Shown here one piece after another: positions 49,856 through 60,480 of a DNA stretch of 64,000 nucleotides. The stretch covers positions 1,314,335-1,378,334 of the forward strand of contig MU057521.1 in assembly GCA_013265495.1 (NCBI GenBank), written 5' to 3'. The stretch's first letter is position 1, and each line of letters opens with the position of its first letter. Origin of the DNA: Vicugna vicugna (lineage: Eukaryota). The notes under the pieces are model-generated. The model made no database searches. It was not told the origin of the DNA and saw only the letters and a list, made by a program, of their open reading frames with translations. A program made the position numbers and the translations under genes.

Positions 49856-51960
49856 GTACGGGTTGGGTTCGTGCATCTGCCAGCTCTGCCCTAGCCGTGC
49901 AAGCGCCCCCAGGCCAAGGCGGGCTTCCCGACAGCTGCCCGGCGTCACCACACTGCTCCCAGGGAGCTGGCGGGTGTGGGGGGTGGGCTCTGGAGGAGCC
50001 TGAGGGTCCCCGGGAACTGACCCCAGGTTAGGTGCCTCCAAGGGAGTGTCAGCGCTCGGCCCACGTGCTCTGCTCAACACTCCTTCTGTGCAACCTTCTC
50101 ATCCCCACTTTGGTGGGGAACTGGATCCTGCAGGGCCCCCCGAACTTTTTTAAAAAACGTGTGCACCCCCTTAGAAGAATTTTGAAAATCTGAGCACCTC
50201 CTGCCGTATTTTTGACATCTAAAAAATTGTATTACAAATTTAAGGAGTTGCTAAGGACTTAGTTTCCAGGGAATTGGAACAGCAGTTTAATGCTTTAAAA
50301 AATATTCAGTGGAATCTCAACCACAGCAATTTGACACCCATCATCATCCATTTAAAAATACCCCGATCCTCTTAAACTATTGGAAATTTTATATAGTTCT
50401 TTACTACCCTTTGATTTGTATCCATTTCACCATCCCCGCAGAGTTTTATCCTAATATATTTTTAGGCTTGGAGGGTTTTTACTAATTACCTTTTCATACT
50501 CTTACACATCAAAAAAATATGGACCTTTTTGAAATTTTAATTTTTAAAGATTTCCTGTAACTCAAGGTTCTGAAAGTTAAAAACATCTCTTTGGGGCTGA
50601 GGTGTTACTACAGTTATTATTACACAGTTGGTCAAAAAATGAATATACTTTGTTTTGCTATAATTATAGAAGTGAAACACAGGATTGGGAGCATTAAAAT
50701 ATTATTCATTTCATTCCGTACTGAGGAAAATAACCATCACAGCGTCTAACTGATACAGTCAGTCCGTATTGTCAAATTATCAACTAAACAAGACTCACTG
50801 TCTCTGGGAAGAATTCTGACTTGGTTTTTTTAATTCTAAAATAAATCTCCCTGTGACAGCCTGCTGCCTTTTTAATTCTGGTTGTAAGACATAGGCAAGA
50901 CCCAGAGCCTTTCAGAAAGTGTGTTGCCTGTGTGAAAAAAGTGTGCTGCACCCCTTTTGCTTTTTTTTTCGGATCTGTGTCCTCTCTGCTTTGCTCCTTG
51001 GTGCACTCCTCAGCAATAGGTGGAGGGTACAGGGAGTGACGTGGATGAATGAAAACTTCACTCCCACCTGACCTTGCAGGATATTTGAACTCAGAACAGC
51101 TCAGCCTGATCCCAGACATCCCATTTCTGTTGTCACACCCTTGCCCTTTATAGATAGGGAAAGACAGAAGCTATACTGAGGTGCTCTGAACGCAGGAGCT
51201 TTCCATCACCCATACTTTGACTTGTTGCTCTGTTTGGTATCTCGGAAGTTTGGCACCATGGTAGGATTTGGAGTAGGTAAGAAGTGTGCCTTCTCTTATA
51301 AAGTGAAAGTAGTGTGCTTTTGAAAGGGGAAAAGAAAAAGAAGAACGTGCAGGATGCCCCCAGCAGGTCAGTGTTACGAAGAGCAGATGTGAAAGTCAAG
51401 TGTATAGATATCAACGCCTTTCAGGCTCTTGGTGCTTTGCAGCCCCTTAGGAAGTCTTTGTTTTCTGGGTTAATCTTCTCGAGTGTGTTTATCTTTTTAA
51501 AAACTGTTTGAATGAATGTGAGTGACTAGCTTTTAACTACACCTTTGCTAATATTTCAAAGCAAATCAAATCGCTAGAATAAGGGATGGGGTACCCTACT
51601 TATTGAGTCAATTGCAGAAATCAAGAATGTACTTCCCCCTTGACTTTGGACAAAGAACATATTAAGTTCTTATTTTAGTGTTTTTATTCATGAAAATAAA
51701 CCACAGAAGTGCTGCTGATTTCAAGAGTAATTTGTGGTTTTGGCACAAGCCAGTTGCCTGATTATAATCTCATGTGTTAGCCAATGTCCTTCTTTATGGG
51801 CATCAGCAGAGGTCATCATGTGTCAATTGCAGTAAAGGCAATAGACGTAGGAAATCTGAGACATTTCCTATTTTGATAATGTAGTTTATGAGAAATATGA
51901 GAGAGCTGAAGACAGCTTACTAACCAGAACCAATTCCTGCTTTCAGTGCTGTGGCTTAAG

Positions 51961-52162
51961 GCAGGGGTCCAAAATCCATCCCAACACTTGTGTTTGTGTA
52001 AATAGAGTTTTATTGGAACACAGCCACATTCATTTTTTTTTCACACATTCACTGTGTCTGCTCTCATGCTACATGTAATCTGCAGATCGCAGAAGGCCTG
52101 AAAAGCCTAAGATATTTATTATGTGGCCCTTTACACAAAACTTCTATTACCAACCCTTGGTT
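51961..52162. mobile_element. MER58-like relic
   Basis: gtaaatagagttttattggaacacagccac...aaagcctaagatatttattatgtggccctttaca. Confidence 0.75.
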
Positions 52163-52317
52163 TAAGAGAAAGTGACCTGTAGTGTAGGGTAGTTCTTTTT
52201 TTTCTCCTTTCAGTTTCTGGGGTTTTTTTTTTTTGAGAAAACTTTGTTGGCATTCTAAGACTTGGTTGGACTGGTGAGATTATAGATCAGAAAGGTTAGG
52301 ACAAGAAGTTTCCTTTA

Positions 52318-52440
52318 TTTTGGGGGGATGAGGTAATTAGGTTTATTTATTTGTTTTCTTCTTGCTGGAGGTACTGGGGATTGAACCCAGGACATTGCGC
52401 ATGCTAAGCACACACTCTACTACTGAGCTATACCCTCCCC
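52318..52440 (-). mobile_element. tRNA-Ala-derived SINE (Vic-1-like) with TSD
   Basis: TSD caagaagtttccttta (52302-52317) / caagcagtttccttta (52443-52458), one mismatch. Confidence 0.9.
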
Positions 52441-52893
52441 ACCAAGCAGTTTCCTTTAGAAGCAGTGAACAGGCTGCCATTCTCTGTAGACAAAGGCTGA
52501 TATAATCCCCAAAGGGAAGAACAGACAGGTGCTTGGTTAAAACAAATCAGACAGCAGGTTTCATGGCCAGGAAACAAAGCATCAGTGACCAGGACGGTGG
52601 CTCTGACCAGCAAAGGGTCCAGATCAGAGAACTGGACCTAATTCACATCTGGCATTTGCACTTTGATACCAGTTACCCTTCTGGGCACAGTGCTGTCACC
52701 TGCTGTGGGATCTCAGGTCTCCGAAGCCTATGGGGGCTGAAGCCATCAGCTGCAGGTGGCAAGGGTGGGAAGGGGGAGGCAAGGGGCAGGGGGGCAGCAC
52801 CTGATTGCTGGTCCTGTGGACCATCATCCTGGCCGATCTCTAAGTGTCCTCGTTTGTCTTGTGTGTTCTTTTGTCCGTTTGTCTTTTGGACAG

Positions 52894-52987
52894 TGCAGCT
52901 CAACAAAGACACGATGTGCGAACCCTGCCTCATGGGCTACTTCTCTGACACCTTTTCCTCCACAGAGAAGTGCAAACCCTGGACCAA
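52894..52987 (+). CDS. TNFRSF11A: TNFRSF11A exon 5 (CRD3-4)
   Basis: ttttggacag|[33 protein letters not shown](N); donor AA|gtaagt; 94 nt. Confidence 0.97.
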
Positions 52988-53429
52988 GTAAGTGACAACA
53001 AAGGAACCTAGAGGGAGTTTGCTGACTTTAAACAACTCAATCTCTGGCTGTCTTGTCTGGGTTGAAAACAGACTGATTCAGTGTGGTGAGGCCTCCTCTG
53101 GAGCCATGTTCACGATGGAAAAAGTCTGTCAGTTGGGCGTAAGGAAGATAAACCTGTCCAACCAATCGCCAACCTGATATGGGCAGGCTACGTAAGACCT
53201 GTTAGATTCAGTTTGACTGAAGCTTTGGCTACAGTTGCAGCTGCTTTTTCCCTTGTTTTAACTTTAGTTGCAAATGATTTATGACATTTATTATCACTCA
53301 TGATTCCTACTTTTCCCAGCTTCCCAACACCACTGGTTTATTTGTCCAGAGGGGTGTGTGTGTGTGTGTGTGTGTGTGTTATATGTGCATATGGAAGCAT
53401 CCTGTTTAAATGTTTACCTACTTGGGTTT

Positions 53430-53685
53430 TTTTTTCCCATAATGTATCCTGAATGAAGCATTCCATATTAGTTCACTTAAATCTTTGTAGCTTTTTATAG
53501 CTACATAGTATTTCATCATAGAGCTGTACCATAATTTCATAAGTTATTTAGTAAGTTCCCTATTGATAGTCATTTAAGTTGTTTCCAGTCTTTTGCCATA
53601 ATAAATAATTTTGCAATGAATCATCTCATCTGTATACTATCTTACGCTTCTATGAGAGTGTCCACAGTGAAATTCCTGGGTCCTT
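53430..53685 (-). mobile_element. L1ME-type fragment
   Basis: ttttatagctacatagtatttcat...catttaagttgtttccagtcttttgcc. Confidence 0.65.
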
Positions 53686-54151
53686 TGGTTGCCTGCTTGT
53701 GGTTGAATACTAATAATCAACGTCATGATTCTTTCATTCCCCGATATATAAATTCTCGTTAAATATTTATTTTCTGATCGACTTATCCAACTTTTATTTT
53801 CAAAAGGTTTTCCGTGTTTTCAGCTTCAAAAGAATATTCGTCCAAAGTTTATCAGTTAGCCGCAGTAATTGAACTTGGAATTGCCTTCACTGAAGACACC
53901 AGTCTACCCTCTTTCAGACCATGCTCTCAGAGTAGTCTTAGAGAGCACTGGTAGCAGTTACTTTTGTTTATTTATTTGTCCACCTTAATGATGTGTGGAT
54001 AGGCACTGGGGATTCAAACATCCATGAAGAGTTAAGTTCCTCTCCCGAACGAGCTAGCAATCTAGTGGGGTAGCGCATTTTGTAGCTTAAAAAAAAAACC
54101 CAAAAGATAAGAATATAAAACCAAAGCACTTACTTACCTTTCCCCTCACAG

Positions 54152-54246
54152 CTGCACCATTCTTGGAGAGAAGGAAGCACATCATGGGACCAAGAAATCA
54201 GATGTGGTTTGTAGTTCTTCTCTGCCATCTGCAAAACCACCAAAAG
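54152..54246 (+). CDS. TNFRSF11A: TNFRSF11A exon 6 (CRD4 and stalk)
   Basis: tcccctcacag|C; (N)[31 protein letters not shown]; donor G|gtatgt; 95 nt. Confidence 0.95.
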
Positions 54247-55307
54247 GTATGTTTCATAGAGCAGGTTGGTAAGTAGATGTGCCCCAGTCTAGTAAGTTCT
54301 TCTAGATTTCTCCCAAATTGCAGGCTGTGTCGGGCGGGGTCCATCTTTCCCTTTTCATCTCATCCTATCTATGGTCAGCTCAGTATTTCATTTTTATCAG
54401 TATTTTAATTCCAGATGTGTTGTTTACTTGATAATTTTCTACTCTGGAATGGATAACTAGTCACTTACTCATATATACAAAGAAAGAAAAAGAACATGGG
54501 GCTGCAAACATAAATTAAAATGTCCAAATATGGTAGGGTGGTGGCGGGCACAGTAGGGTATCTTTGGCAGATTCTGGTCACCAACCAGAGTTAGCAACTT
54601 ATTTAGAATATAGATATCATTATTTATGGAACATTTTGTTGATCAAATTAATCTTAAGGACAGTTTCAAAGATTGGCAGGAAGTTGACCATTAATGGTGG
54701 ATGCTGGTTATCCAGGTGAGTGTGGAGGTGGGTCCAGGTATCACAGCACAGGAGGAGCATAAGTGGCAAGAAGACCTTTCTAATGAGGCAAGAGAACCTG
54801 GGCCACAGAGTAATAGCGTGAATGAACTTGGACTAAGAAAATCGAGGGTTTAGTTTTGACAGTTTGGGAAACAGGAAAACAAAAACATCAAAGAGTTCTG
54901 GATAAGGGGCTCCACAGTCAGAGCAGCGTTTTTAAAAGACTGTTACGAAGAAGGAGCCCATCCTCCTGGAGAGGTTGCAGCGTTCTGCAGGTAAGCAAAG
55001 AGGGAACTGGATGGTGTGGTAAACCTGCCTGGATACTACTAAAGTAGGAGCATTTAAAGACGGCCCTGGGCTGACCTCCCTCAGGGCACGACGCTGACGG
55101 GCAGGACCAGCCACGTGGTGGGTTTCACCCTTCCCAGGGGGAGCTCTCTGGGACACACGTACAGTCAGGGTCGGGAACTTCCAACTTCTCTTCCTCCGCA
55201 CCAACATCCTTGATTCTGGGGTCTGGTTGAAAGCGTTTTGCTTTCAAATTTAGAGAGTAAAAATAAACGATCTTTAATGCTGTTTTTCTCATTTTCTTCT
55301 GACACAG

Positions 55308-55421
55308 AACCCCAGACTTACTTGCCCAGTTTAATTATCCTGCTCCTCTTCATCTCTGTGGCGTTAGTTGCTGCCGTCATCTTCGGTGTTTACTACAGGA
55401 GAGAAGGGAAAGCACTAACAG
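55308..55421 (+). CDS. TNFRSF11A: TNFRSF11A exon 7 (transmembrane domain)
   Basis: tctgacacag|[40 protein letters not shown]; donor G|gtattg; 114 nt. Confidence 0.96.
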
Positions 55422-56599
55422 GTATTGTGTTCGTGGTGGTTTTTGAAATTGAATCTTAAAGACAACAGGTACCTTTCTAGGTGTGTGCTTTGAAGATGCA
55501 TGTTTTGCTTTCTGACTGCCTCTAGGGTGATCTGTTTAAACTAAAGTGAAACACACTTTATACCTAATTCGTTGTTCTCTGGCAGAACAAACATCACTGT
55601 GCCTGTTTACATGTAAACAAAAAGGTGGAGGAGACTGAAGACTGTTGTATGAATTATGCAGCGTCAGATATACAGGGGTTGCATTTATTCTAGAATACAA
55701 ACATTTTAAATGACTTAAATTAATTACTTAATTATTTAAATTAATTACTTAAAACAGAGACAAAATGTTCAGGTAAGTGGGAGATGGAAATTTTTGACTG
55801 GGGTGTTACCTTGATGTGTGGATTTAAAATTCTGAAAGTAAGTTGTCTTATACAGTAAAATTTAGGTGCTCAATCTTAGAATGAGTGATCAAGTGTTACC
55901 TTGTCTATTGGGAATGGTTTTTCCACAAAAAAATGTGTTTATATATATAGTTTCTTGTAGCACCACGTCATGCTTGACTTTTATACTACAAAGCTAAGAA
56001 AGTGTAATTTTAAAGAAAGGACTCAAGGTTCATGAAGTTTCCTAAAGGTGTTTCGTTCTCTTTTGAAGCACCTGCGGCCTCACCGTCCTTTCCCATTTTT
56101 GGCGGCTCACTTGTTTATCTGGACCGCCTCTGCTTTGCTGTGATTCCATCAGTTCTCCCACAGTCACACCCAGGGACTTCACACAACCCTGCATACTTAC
56201 TATTTCCATCAACATCACATTACCTAATGTAACACTGGGCAATCAAAAGATTAATTAAAGAGGGAAGACGGTGATTATAGATGCCAGTGTTAAGCAGAGA
56301 GTGTTTGAAGAGGAAAAGTTGCAATTCACTTTTTAGGAAGTCTGTTCATTATTGAATATTGTTATTTAATGCAACTTCACCTTCCCAGCATCATGAGTGG
56401 GGATTTCAATAACACACATTCAGATGACGCAGATCACTTGTGTAGTCATGTTTATGTGAGATAAACAGACTTCCGATGTTTCATTCTTTAGTTTTTGTCT
56501 CTGTGATAATCTCTTACCACCTTACTTTCCCAATGCCAAGCAAGGGCAGTAGGCCTGCCAGTCACTGAATTGGGATGTATGACTGTCGGATTGTCGGCT

Positions 56600-57220
56600 C
56601 TCTCTTCATCCCTTTGTTCAACACCTGTTTATTGGCCACCAGGGACCAGCCAGGCCCTGGGATCTCAAAACGGATCCACACACATAGAGCCAGTGCCCTC
56701 ATGGAGGAAGCTTCTCCTGGGCACAGCAGATGTTGAGCTCACAGAGTGAGGCTGAGTGTGGAGAGGGAGGAGCAGAGCTCCAGGTGACAGAGTTGTCTGC
56801 GCAGCATCAGGGTCAGCCAGGGAGGAGGCAGGGGGAGCCACATCTGAAAAACAAGTTGAAATTCACTAGCCCGAGGGGAGCCAAAGAGACTCAAAAGCGT
56901 TCCATGTGGAGAGAATTACTTGATTTGGACAGAGCAGGGCAAGCTGGAGGGACTGAGAGAAGGTTAGTGCAGCTGGAGGAGAAAGTCAGGACCAGTGTGA
57001 GATGAAACTGGAAAGGGAGGCGTGGCCAGCTGGTACAGCCCTGCAGGCCTCGCTGAGGACTATACACCTCATCCGTAGCAGAGGGAAGCAAAAACATCCC
57101 TCTAGTTTTAAGCATTTGGGTATTTTATTAACTGAAACAAATTTGAGGGTCCAGTAAGTGTGGATGCAGACCAACCAGTAAGGAGGGGTTTTGCAGTCAT
57201 CCAGGAGGGAGATGGATAAT
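56600..57220 (-). mobile_element. L2 fragment
   Basis: ttcaacacctgtttattggccacc...gccaggccctggga; purine-rich downstream. Confidence 0.55.
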
Positions 57221-57379
57221 CATAGTATTTTTGAATAACAATCACCTCTGTGTACAAATGTTATTTTTTGTACCATCTGTAATTGTCTAGTACTGATCCC
57301 TACAAGGAAAGGGCTGCAACTTCCCTTTTATTTGGACTACCTTTATTTTTATATAATTTTTAAATGATAGAAAATAGGC

Positions 57380-57690
57380 ATGAATAATAATGATGATCAC
57401 AGCAGTAAGTGACATATATTAAATATTTATTATGTCCCAATACCGCTGTACACCTTTCACATGTACTAACTCAGTCTCCACAACAGCACTGTGAGGGAGG
57501 CAGCATTTTTTCCCCCATTTTATGATGTGGGAACTGAGGCTCAGAGAAGTTAAGTAAACCAGGCAAGGTCACATATTAGGTATCATTACCTATTACTATG
57601 ACCTGACCGTCCTCCAGTAGAGAAGGGACAACCTCTTGGCTTTTGTCTTGGAAGGCAGCTGTGCTCACCACCATACCACCAACACTTGCC
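57380..57690 (-). mobile_element. MIR SINE
   Basis: cccccattttatgatgtgggaactgaggctcagagaagttaagtaa. Confidence 0.8.
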
Positions 57691-58371
57691 TCTAGTCTTT
57701 ACAGAGACTTCAACATCAAATATCCAATGGAGGTGGGATAAAATTTTGTCTTTGTATTATATACATTAATAGATATTTTTTAATTCATAGATTTAATTTT
57801 TAAGTTTCATCACTTCTATTTTTAAAAGTTAAGGAAGAGGTACTTTGTGTATGTCACAGAACATCGTCTTCTTTCTTCTGAGAAGCAGGGGGGTACAGTG
57901 GAAAAGGATTTGGGGCCCACTGGAACTCAGTGGGGTCTGACACAGCCTTCCAGCGTGCACTTTTATTGTACATATGTTTGCACTAGTTTACTACAAAATC
58001 AGTCTCCTAGACCCGTGTCACCTTTGTTCCCCTATAATACCTAGCCACGTCCCTCATAGTCAAAGAAGATTTGCTGAGGGCAGCTCTGACAGCCTTCACC
58101 GTGTGCCCAGAGGTATTCGATGGAACGGCAGGGGACCATATTTTGCTTTACATAGATCAGAAAGCTCTGTTTTTGAAAGGAGGGGCAAGATGCCTTCATT
58201 GCCTTTAAATTGGTTGATTTTTCTTTTAAATGTTTTCACTCTCAGGAACTCTCAAAGATTTGCAGATGGCTGTGTTTAAAGACAATATTGAACTGACATA
58301 GTGGGCAATAATACTGAATTAGAAATAGGAGATAATATTATGAGGCCTTTATCCTTACTTTGTTTTTCTAG

Positions 58372-58424
58372 CTAATTTGTGGCACTGGGTCAACGAGGCT
58401 TGCGGTCGCCTAAGTGGAAATAAG
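58372..58424 (+). CDS. TNFRSF11A: TNFRSF11A exon 8
   Basis: tttttctag|CT; ANLWHWVNEACGRLSGNK; donor AAG|gtaaat; 53 nt. Confidence 0.96.
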
Positions 58425-58744
58425 GTAAATTGAAGTCTTAAGTACTGTTAACGATTTGGCTGATATAACTATTATTATTCAAATACTGAGCCCCACTGGG
58501 AATGGGTACTTCCTTGAGGGGTCGGAACTGCAAATCCCAGGATTGATGCCTACGGAGTAACCCAAAGCCCAAGTCAGTTCTCATCCTAAATGCTGTTTTC
58601 TTGTGTTTCATCCCATTGCTGTCCTCTCTGTGCCCATATGTTACTTATATCATTATTTTAGTGCCAATCTTGATCGCTTAGGACAGATTCCTGGGCGGGA
58701 AGAGCTGCCACATTCCTTTACTCTGTAGTTGTGTTGGTGGCTTT

Positions 58745-59660
58745 TACTTTTGGTAGAATTTCAAAACTATAGGAAAGCAGTAAGAATAGTACTAAAAACT
58801 TCCACCTCCCTATATGCAAATGCACCAGTTGTTTGTCTTTTCACAATTGCTTTATTATTTGCTCTCTGTGTGTACATGTGTATGTATATTTTTTTTCCTC
58901 TTCAACCATTTTGGAGTGAACGGCAGACATCGGGCTCCTACGCCTTTAAATACTTTCCTGTGGATTTCTTACGAACAAGGACGTTCTCCTATATAACCAT
59001 AGTACATTTATGAGAAAATTTTTAAAACGTGTAGTAGTGGTACAGTACTATTATCTAATCTACATTTGATCTGAAAACTTTATTAATTATCCCATTATAT
59101 CCTTCAGCTCTCTTTTCTAAATAGATATAAAGGTATATAAGTTTAGGTATAAAGATGTATACATTTTAAACCCAGAGCTCATCGAGATTCCTCTTGTTGC
59201 AGTCCCAGCACTGCAGGGTTCATTCTAGCCTTCCCCTGTCTTGTCTCTGAATCTTCCCTTCTCCAGCAGTGTGAAACCTGCCTCCTGTTACTCTCACCAT
59301 GCTTACTCAGTTCCAGAATACACAGAAAGTAGTGTCAGAATCACTAAGCCACCCCACAGCAAAAAACAAAGCCACCAACTGGAGTTGTTTGTTTACGGGC
59401 TTTGTCTAAATTTCTGTCAGGAGTACAGGGACTGAATCCCGTGTTCTGAAGTTATTAGAATTAGCTCTCCCCCTTGGTTCAGTGTAAACATGCTATTCAT
59501 TTGCAATGCAGCTGGATTCATCAGTTTCTGGTTGTACACCATTTGCGGGTTCTCCCCCACCCCAAGTCTTAAATAACCCAAATAAAGTGTCACAGTGAGT
59601 ATTCCATCTGTACTTGTTATGGTGGAAATAATTACTATAAACACAATTTTCAGCCGCTCT
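58745..59660 (-). mobile_element. Old L1MC-type fragment
   Basis: ttttggtagaatttcaaaactatagg...ttaaatactttcctgtggatttcttacgaacaaggacgttctcctatataacc. Confidence 0.55.
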
Positions 59661-59723
59661 TAGCAGAACCATGTTCTAACAACACTTGTATTAATGCTCT
59701 GCCTTCTGAATTCAAATCAGCAG

Positions 59724-60480
59724 GAGTCCTCAGGCAACAATTTTAGCTGCACTCACGTGGAAGCCTCTAGTCAGCGTGAAATCTGTGAGAGTGTTTTACT
59801 GCTGACTCTGGAAGACAAGCGGTTTTCTGAAGATATGTGCTGTCCAGACGATGGTGGTGCCTGTGGAGGGGGTGGTCCCTGTGCCCAGGGAGAAGATACC
59901 AGGATGCTCACCTTGATCAGCGAGACTGAGGGGGACCCCTTCAGGCAGGTTCCCATGGAAGATGAATATATGGACAGGCCCTCCCAGGTCCCAGACGCTA
60001 TACTGTTACTCACTCAGCCTGGAGGCACCTCCACACCGCCTTTCCCTGAACCCCTGGAGGTGGGGGAAAATGACAGCTTGAGCCAGTGCTTCACTGGGAC
60101 AGAGAGCTTGATGGATTCTGAAAGCTGCCACTGCGCCCAGCCCCCGTGCAGGACTGATTGGATTCCTGCGTCCTCTGAAAAGTACTTGCAAAAAGAAGTG
60201 GAGGGTGGCAATTGCCCCCACTGGGCAGCCAGCTCCAGCTCTGCAGATGGCTGTGCGGGCTGCGGGAACCCTGCTAGGGAGGACCGGGAACCCCTGATGG
60301 GTTTCCCCCAAAGTGGACCCTTGCCCCAGTGCGCCTACGGCTTGGGCCTTCCACCCAAAGCGGCTGACGGGGCAGAGACAGGAGGCCAGCCCGTGGACGG
60401 GGCTGATGTAAGGCTTCCCGGCTGGACGAGGGGAGGCCCTGGGTCTGGAAGCCCCTCCACTGACCAGCCACCTGCATCTG
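59724..60480 (+). CDS. TNFRSF11A: TNFRSF11A exon 9 (cytoplasmic tail with TRAF6-binding motifs)
   Basis: tcagcag|GAG; ESSGNN...[11 protein letters not shown]...[20 protein letters not shown]...QPPASG; donor G|gtaagt; 757 nt; lies inside ORF 59694..60488. Confidence 0.96.

Noticed and set aside
50130..51140. Possible old DNA transposon relic
   Set aside because: I could not identify terminal repeats or a family from sequence alone; needs RepeatMasker.
55715..55752. 17-bp AT-rich direct repeat ttaaattaattacttaa
   Set aside because: Simple slippage duplication in low-complexity intron DNA.
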